Source of the DNA: an uncultured Saprospiraceae bacterium
Lineage (GTDB): Bacteria > Bacteroidota > Bacteroidia > Chitinophagales > Saprospiraceae
NCBI GenBank assembly: GCA_937959375.1
Contig: CALGLS010000047.1
Span: forward strand, 1 to 42,942
DNA length: 42,942 bases
Reading direction: 5' to 3'
This document shows, piece by piece, positions 8,201-16,000 of this stretch (positions are counted from its first letter, which is position 1; every line of letters begins with the position of its first letter). Under the pieces are notes generated by a model. That model saw only the letters and a program-made list of their open reading frames with translations, was not told the DNA's origin and searched no databases. The position numbers and the translations under genes were made by a program.

Positions 8201-11200
8201 ACAAAATTTAGTGTTACATTCTCTCCTACCTCAGCAGGTACAGTTGCCCCAATTACAAAACCTTCTGCATTTATTTGATACTCTTCTACCATAGAAGCGG
8301 CGGGCTGACAGATACAATTGCCATAAGAAACTGCATCAATAATGAAAGCTGATGAAGGGGAAGAGATTCGTAAATAACGTGTATGAACCGTTGTGGTAAA
8401 AACTTCATCCGCTAAAGTTGGTGAAGTAATTGTAAAAGGCGAAGCTGCTGCAGTAGCGAAATTAATTCCATCTAATGATTCATCAATAACAATTTGTGCA
8501 CCTGGCAAAAGGTAGGTTAGCGTTAGGATGTATTCCTCACCAACATCTAATATACTTCCTAAATCAATAATATACGAAGCTGGTCCAGCTCCCACTCCTG
8601 CGCCTTGTCCATCAGGAGCACCTAATACATCGTTTGGATTTGATACAGACCCATCATTTACTTGAGATACTGCATAATAAGTTGTGTTACAATCTGAATC
8701 GGCACAATCTATATCTCCATCTCCGTCATCGTCTATTCCGTTATTACAAATTTCTGGAACGACTACATTGACAAAAAAGGAATCTAGGCCCATGCAGCCT
8801 AGTGTATCTATCATATTTGCGTAATAGGTCCCAGATTGATTGATTTGAATATTATTTAAAATTAGATGATCTCTCAACGTTCCAGAATCATTTACTTGAT
8901 AGAGTGAATTAGGACCTGTCCAAACGAACACCTCTGAATTAAAGGTTCCAACAAAGTCTAATCTTAAGTTATCGCCTTCAAAAATCAAAACACTGTCACC
9001 TGCTATATCTGGAGCTGCGTTAATTGAATATTCTCCCACCAAGTTAATCGCAGATTGACAATCACAATGGTCATAAGTCACTGCATCTAAAATTAAATCA
9101 TTAGAGCCTGTAGGAGGAAATATTAATCGCACAAATCTAGTATGTACCGTTGTAGTTATCGTAATATCACTTGCACCTCCCACAGTATAAGGAGAAGCTG
9201 AAGAGGCAAAGAAGTTAACGCCATCTATAGATTCTTCAATCGTTAAACTTCCATCAAAAGTTACAACATCTAAGGTATAATCTTCACCAACACCTAGTAT
9301 ATTACCTAAATCAATAGTCATCTGATCTCCATCACCAAAAATCGCAGACAAAAAGTCGGGAGCTCCAAGAACATTATCACCTGACAAAACGCCAATATTC
9401 GTTTGAGCAGCAGCGTAATATTGGACACTACAATCTTCATCTTGGCAATCTATCGCACCATCCCCATCATTATCAACTCCATCGTTACATATTTCTGGTA
9501 TTTTGATTCCGAATGAGAAATAACTATTTGCTGGATCAGCAATCGTAATTCCTCGAAGAGATGCGCTGATAAAGTTCAACTGTTGAACAGTGGTTCCACC
9601 ATTTGTAAAATCACCATCATCGTCAATAAAAATATAATAGCTACCATCTGAACTTGGATAAGGTGGTAACATTGGTAAATCAAATTGAGGATCATCTACA
9701 TCTACTCTTAGCGCCACATTTTGTACATCTTGTGTTTCGGTAAACTTCCAAACTCTATCAATTCCAAGATATCCTCCATTTGGAATATCGTAGTTTGCGC
9801 CACTCCAAGAAGAGTTAACAGCTGCCCCATTATGTCCCCAAACTAAGGCAGCTTTATCTGTCAAAAATGCAGATGAGTTGGCGCTATTCGTTACCGCAAA
9901 GCTTGCACTTGCAATAGATACAATGGCAGAATCATCTACGGATTTAGATTGTTTTTGAATTAAAGCACCACAAGAGTCTACGGCGATACCAGCAATATCA
10001 TTGGCGTAACCATCCGTTACATCTTTTATAATTGTTCCATCAGAAAATACATAATTGTGTGGAAGTTCCAATCCATATTTAATTGCTAAATAAGAATTCA
10101 CCTTTTCCTTATCTGATTGAGATAAAGTGTCGTCGTAAATTAAAACTTCAGCGATTGTTCCATCAAAGATTTTATCACTGGTAAAAGAACCAACCTTAGA
10201 TTGGCGGCCTATAGATACTGGACCAGCATTGCTAATCAAATAGCTATTGTCTTCTTTTATTTCTGGATTTGTGATTTGGGCTAACGATGCTATTGGATCA
10301 CTTGCTACCTGTGTTCCATTTTGAAGAAGTGATTGAGCATCACCAAAAGCAACTTTCATTTCTATAAGTGTAGGATTAACTCCATTGCTATGACTGAACA
10401 AGGTGTTTGTACCACCAAATGCACCAGGCGTTATAAATTGAGCCTCAGCAGCAGACCAAGCTAAACCATATGATTCAAGATTTGTACTTCCAAAATCTAC
10501 GACAAATCGGGTGCTTTCTGTTGTTCCTACCGTTGGTTTTACGATAGAGAATATTTCCATACCTCCTTCCTCAGAAAAAATATAATCGTCCCCTAAATGC
10601 AATCCATCTGAAAAATCATCGGTATACGTTCCATCAAAAGTTACACCTGGATGATAGTTGATTGAGTTTGAGGAATAAGTCGGAAAATCTGTAGCATTTC
10701 CGTTTGCATTCGCTGAATAAAAGTTTGCTGATCGATCTGCCCAGCTATTTACGGCAGCAGCAGGGATGTCCGTGTTAAGTCCATTCTCTGCATCAAGCCA
10801 AAGTTGTAAATTGGATTGTACTCCACCAGGATAAGCTTCATCAATACGACCATCTCCATTGTCATCAATTCCGTTTCCACAAATCTCGAAGGTAGCGCAG
10901 CCTGTTGGAGCATTCGGTGTCCCTATCGTACTTGAACAAACTATGGATGGCGCAATAGGAACTGATCCATCATCCGTATTGGAAAAAGTATCGTCTGTAA
11001 AATTATAGGAACCAGGACTTGGGGAACCATTTTGGAGTACATAATCTACCGCAGCTGCCAACTGCATCTTATTGCCTGACATTGGTGTAAATGAGGTGGA
11101 CGTATTGTAAGCGATAATATCGGCACCTAATATCGAATTGGCCGTTCCTTTTTGGTTGTTGTAAAATATATTGTTTACCAATTCTATATCGGCTCCATAA

Positions 11201-12723
11201 TTATTTATCGCTCCACCAAATCCAGTGGACGTCACCAAGTTATCTACAAAAGTAGAACTTGTAATTTGCATGTTAGCGTTGAAAGATTTCACTGCTCCCC
11301 CTCCGTCATTCGCTCCGTCTGCATCTTTGAATGCCTCGTTTGATTTAAAGGTACAATTGATAATCAAGTTTGGTGTACCAGAATTATTAAAGGTAGAATT
11401 CATAAAAATGGCTCCTCCCGCTCCTGCTCTATTATTATAGAAGGTTGAGTTTATCACATCAATTCCTGTAATATTAGTACCATGGATGGCTCCTCCTTGA
11501 TCTAGCGTATCTCCGACACAGGACACAAAGTTACATCCTGAAACCAATAGCTTTGTAGCAGATGCCCAAATAGCTCCACCATCATCGTCTGCTTCACTAT
11601 TGGCAATATCACAGTCTATTATTTCATTTGAATAGGATTGAAAAAATCTCAATGCTCCACCGTTTTGTACAGAAGCAGTATTACCACAAAAATCACTGTT
11701 TCTGATCGTCCATTGATGGGCATTTTCAAGATTGAAAGCACCACCTCCACTACCTCTGGCATTGTTATCATAGAACGAGCAATACTCTACTACTAAATTT
11801 CCATTATTAGGATCAGAACTACTGGAAGTATTATAAAATTGAGAAAAAGATAGAGCACCTCCTCTTCCTATATTATTATCGTGAAAAACACAATTTTGGA
11901 ATAAGACTTCTGAATTTACATGCGACTGGTTGGCAAGAAATATTGATCCAAATCCAGTACTTCCAGCATCATTATTATTTACTTTTAAATCTATAAATTT
12001 ATAATCTACCTGAGCCGAACTTACTTGCTCAATGAGTATTGCTGGACCTCCTCCAGAAGCTGCATCTCCATTTGAGAGAACAAGTCCTCTGAATTCTAGT
12101 GAAGTGGCGGCGCTACTAGTTACCCTAATTAATCTATGCGAGGCTGCACCATCTATAGTTGTCTGATTCGTAATGGGATCATAATTGGTACATATTTCTG
12201 TACCCGTAGCAGCATTAGGAAAACCACCAATGACACATACATTAGTAGCAATATCTATCTGCAATCCGGGAGCATAGGTACCAGCAGCTATATAGACTGT
12301 TCCACCGGCTTCAATGGTAGTTTTTAAATCTGAAGAACCGAGTGCATTATCCCAGTCAGAACCCGATCCGTCTCCAGTAGCTATTACTTTCACATACTTT
12401 GCGACTCCATTGTAAGACGACTTACCTTCACTTAGAAAGTCATTTTCATCTTTAGCAACAGCTTGTTTACTAACAGGAAGATTTGTTTTGTTGAAATCAG
12501 AAAGGTAAGAAACTGAGTTTGTCTTCTGATTAGAAAAAGAAGTTGAATCAATTAAGTAAGAAATTTCATTTTCTGCTCCGAGTAGTTGATGATTTACATA
12601 AACACTGTTAGCATAAAAAGTATTTATATTGTTATATTCAACAAGCAATTTCTCTAAAGTTGGTGTAGCACCAATTTTAAAAAAAAATAAAAACCCAATG
12701 ATATGATAAATCGTAAATTTCAA
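5257..12723 (-). CDS. giant modular cell-surface/adhesin-like protein 1 (2488 aa)
   Basis: Uninterrupted 7.5-kb ORF. The only start after the in-frame stop at 12730..12732 is TTG at 12723, and a hydrophobic signal-like N-terminus follows. Order of parts: Pmp/choice-of-anchor-Q-like parallel beta-helix repeats (recurrent GGA[IL] ... N-A motifs); [22 protein letters not shown]; a LamG-like block plus a conserved block; four tandem modules of about 250 aa; TSP3-like Asp-rich repeats ([53 protein letters not shown]). It ends ...[16 protein letters not shown]. Confidence 0.85.
   Translation of the reverse strand: [2488 protein letters not shown]
6484..9498 (-). repeat. four tandem intragenic modules of about 750 bp (247-254 aa) in giant protein 1
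   Basis: Module boundaries were taken from the PEIC motifs at aa 1076, 1323, 1577, 1829 and 2081 (nt 9498, 8757, 7995, 7239, 6483). Each module is a Cys/Asp motif, then a discoidin-like segment (...LGAPD...ES[IL]DG[IV]NF...HTR[YF][LV]RL...C[IDL]C[QT]), then an Ig-like segment (F[VI]WTGPN[SF][FL]YQ[VI][TN]D[ST]G...NIQ[AIT]NQ[AIS]G.Y...GC.DS..F.V.V). Nt 7910..7992 and 8672..8754 match at 79 of 83 positions. Confidence 0.85.
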
Positions 12724-13030
12724 TATTAATTACTCTTATATTTAAGAGAGCATCAGATACACTCAATAATTTTGATTCATTTATATAATGATAACCATCT
12801 AGGTACTATTTATAACAAGCATACTCCCAACGAATGGTAATACTCATGTTAAGTTAGTTTTTTTAGAAATCAAAAAAATTGGCAGAGAAGGTAACCTTCT
12901 ACTGGCTGTAATATTATATTAGAAATTAGGGGTGATAGTTATTCGGATTAACACATTCAAAAAATATGCCATGAATTAGAACTAAACTGACTAAGGTAAA
13001 AATATTCACTCATGTAAAATATTAGCAAAA

Positions 13031-16000
13031 TTATTGTTTGCTGAGGACAGGGGCCTGTGCTCCGCAATTTGAAATACAAGAGCCTACAAGAGGATTTTGC
13101 CACTCACTATTAGGTGGACTTGCATAAGTGATTGTAGTTACTCGACCATTCATATCGATAGAAGGCACACCTGTTCCTGCGATTCCGTCTGTATCTCCAT
13201 CCACAACTCCTGCCTCTAATGCATCGAAACATGTATCCCCGTCGGCATCTATTTCATAGGCATCATAGATTCCATCAGGAGTAGTTTCGCTATCCGCAAT
13301 GGTATAGCTTAATGATCCATTATCAGCAATGACCTCTACTCCATCAAACAAACCATTTGTTCCGAAGCTAGTAGATAAACCATCGATTATTCCATCTGCA
13401 TTCGCATCAGTTTGTCCATGACCAGCTTCGTCTACATCAAAAATTCCGTCATTATCAGAATCAAGATCTAAAGAATTAACAACGCCGTCACCATCTGTAT
13501 CGGTACAGTAAGTTCCAAAAATTGTTTGTAAACCTATACCTCCATTTGAAAGGGCTCCTGTCTGAGAATATCGAATGACTATATAATCAATTGGCTGATT
13601 AAATACAACGTCAATGGCTGCTTGCTCGGCAGTTCCAGCTGCATTAGCATCTCCTGGAATAAATGGTAAGTTGTCACTGGTCGTTGTTGTTGTTCTAACC
13701 CATTGATTCGCGTCGGGTGCGTTAATAACTAAAAAACCAGTCTGCTTTGCTGTTACTATTGGAGCAACAGGGGTCGCTCCATTATAACCTACGATATCCA
13801 CAACCTCTCGTGTGTTTACGTTACCACCTCTATCAATATCACCAATTACAAAAGAAACTTCCTGTAATAACACACCGGGTGCATTATTAATGTCCATTGC
13901 AAAATCGACAAAATCTTGTAAACTATCTAAACCTATAGCATCAATACTAAGTGCATGATATGATCCAATATTAGTTTGATTAAAGGTGTTATCATCGGGG
14001 TTGTCCACATACAAATTATAATTAAAAGTACCGTCGGCATTGGTATAAGCAACAGATTGAACAGCAGATGGTGTTCCACCTGATACGTTTGTAAAAGCCG
14101 GTGTAATTTCATTCCAAGCCAAAATAGTATCCGTCATACATCCTTCGTCTATATCAGGGATCCCATCATTGTCATCATCCAAATCAAGATAATCACAGAT
14201 CAGATCTCCATCATTATCAAAATCTGAACAGTCTGAGTCTGCGCAATCTATATCACCATCGCCATCATCGTCGATACCATTACCACAGATTTCATCTGGT
14301 AGTATAACATCCACAACAATAGAAACACTATCAAAACAACCTAAATCATCAAAATAAAAGACGTTATAAACACCAGATTGATTTGTTTGAATATTAACTA
14401 AATATAGATGATCTCTCGCCAATCCTGAGTCCGTGACTTGATACAGTGAATTGGGCCCTGACCAAATGAATGTCCCTGTATTATAGGTCCCAACAATATC
14501 TAGTGTTAAACTATCACCTTGATTCAACGTGACACTATCACCAACTATTTCTGGATCCGAATTAATTGCATATTTTTCTTCTATCGCAGGAAAAGGCGTA
14601 CATAGACAATTCCCATAAGTCACAGCTTCTAAGTCTAATGAATTCCCCCCTCCAGACGAAAGTGTTAATCGAACATATCGAGTATGTACTGTTGTTGTTA
14701 CAACAAGATCCTCTGCTCCAGAAAGACTATATGGAGAAATGGAAGCAGGTGAAAAATTAATTCCATCTATAGATTCTTCAATAGTCATATTCCCATTGCC
14801 GTTTGTGATATTCAATGTATATTCCTTCCCAACATTTAAAGGAGTTCCTAAATCAAGGGTCATTTGATCATTAGAGCCAAAAAGCGCAGATAAAAAGTTA
14901 GGTGCACCTACAGCAAAATCTCCATTTATTATTCCAGTATTCGTTTGTGAAACAGCATGATAAATAGTAATACAGTCTGCATCAGCACAATCTATATCAC
15001 CATCCCCATCATTGTCTCCTCCATCATTACAAATTTCTGGCACTTTCATTCCTATTGAAAAATAACTATTGGTCGGATCTTCAATGGTCGTTTCCCAAGT
15101 TGATCCATTTACAAAACTCATTTCTTGAACTGTTGTTCCTCCATTTGAAAAATCACCGTCATCATCAATAAAAAGATGATAGGTACCATCTGAGGAAGGA
15201 AATGGCGGTAAAGCGGGTAGGTCAAATTCAGGATCATTTACATCTACTCTTAACACTACATTTTGAACGTCTTGTGTTTCTGTAAATTTCCAAACTCTAT
15301 CTATCCCCAAATACCCTCCGTTAGGAATATCATAGTTAGTCCCATTCCATGAGGCATTTTCAGCTGCGCCATTATGTCCCCAAACTAATGCAGTTTGATC
15401 ACTGATAAATGTTGATGTGTTGGCACTATTAGTTGCCCAATAAGCAAGATGCGCCATAGAAATAATAGCCGAATCACCTACGGCTTTAGATTGTTTTTGA
15501 ATTAAGGCACCACAAGAATCTACTCCAACACCTGCGATATCATTGGCATATCCATCGGTGATATCTTTTATTAGTGTTCCATCTGAGAAATAATAATTGT
15601 GATTTAAAGTCAGACCATATTTAACAGCTAAATAAGAATTGACCTTCTCTTGATCAGATTGACTAAGCGTATCATTATAAACAAGCACTTCTGATATAGC
15701 TCCGTTAAAAATTCTAGATTGGCTTAAGGCAAAACTTGATGCTTGCCGACCGATAGTAACTGGTCCAGCTGCTACATTTCCGAACGTATCCACTTCTGCG
15801 ATTTCGTTGGCTGTTATTTGAGTAAGGCCTGGTATCGCTGTAGTTTGTAAAGCAGAACCATTTTTCAATAAGGTTTGGTCTGTTTCAAAATCTATTTCAA
15901 GACCTACCAGAGTAGCTAAGGGACCGGTATGATGAAAAAAGAATTCATCTGCTCCTCCATGCGAGGTTGGTGTTTGATTCTTTGAATAAATGTGTGTCCA

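Noticed and set aside
6400-9500. Regularly spaced conserved segments of about 70-85 nt every 750 nt, superficially array-like
   Set aside because: This is not a CRISPR array. The period is far too long, the intervening spacers are themselves homologous, and the whole region is in frame within one ORF. These are protein-module repeats.
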